This document shows, one piece after another, positions 63,773-64,000 of a DNA stretch of 64,000 bases. The notes under the pieces are model-generated. The model saw only the letters and a list, made by a program, of their open reading frames with translations, was not told the DNA's origin and made no database searches. The first letter of the stretch is position 1, and each line of letters begins with the position of its first letter. The translations under genes and the position numbers were made by a program. Origin of the DNA: Geosiphon pyriformis uo1. Taxonomy: Eukaryota; Fungi; Glomeromycota. Location of the stretch: assembly GCA_016748015.1 (NCBI GenBank), contig JAAOMT010000435.1, forward strand, positions 1 to 64,000, given 5' to 3'.

Positions 63773-64000
63773 CTAAAAAAAAAGTCAATAAAATGTTAGA
63801 GGTTAGAATATACTTGTTAAGGTATCTTATGTGGTGGTACAGGGAAACGTCTTGAGAGTTATCAGTATTTTGGTGAAAAAAGGAAATTTAAATAATTTCT
63901 TCCTTCGCAGAGACTCAATATTTTTGGATATTACTTGAGGAAGAAACCAAAAGAACCGAAGCAAACATATGACAACACACTTTTCTCAGACATTTCGTTC

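Overview
Intron-rich fungal genomic DNA, most likely Glomeromycotina (inferred from gene style and repeat families). It has GC-normal gene islands separated by sharply bounded, extremely AT-rich blocks of decayed transposons. Genes: DRS1-type DEAD-box helicase (-), MIS12/MTW1 (-), a multi-FAS1 fasciclin membrane protein (+), EMC1 (+), RACK1/ASC1/CPC2 (+, with an intronic U24-type C/D snoRNA) and a Ser-rich, probably GPI-anchored protein (-, 5' end uncertain). Mobile elements: a full-length Ty3/gypsy element (38880-46507, -), a full-length LINE with RNase H (47247-53987, +), and a heavily decayed LINE of the same type (about 10470-18000) carrying a nested younger LINE 3' end and a solo LTR. There is also a decayed short LTR element (18036-22041), a solo LTR (34500-35368), more LINE 3' ends and a DNA-transposon-like element broken by an inversion beside an N gap. 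Most notable: (1) the Ty3 lineage has a primer site for elongator tRNA-Met plus split copies of the tRNA-Met anticodon arm inside its LTR, an extra ORF3 after integrase, a UUUAAAC -1 frameshift and 4-bp TSDs; (2) repeat-restricted C:G>T:A hypermutation that is neither purely CpG nor CpA-biased like classical RIP; (3) a U24 snoRNA with a replaced 3' guide; (4) a long, structured EMC1 intron. All alignments and counts were done by eye.
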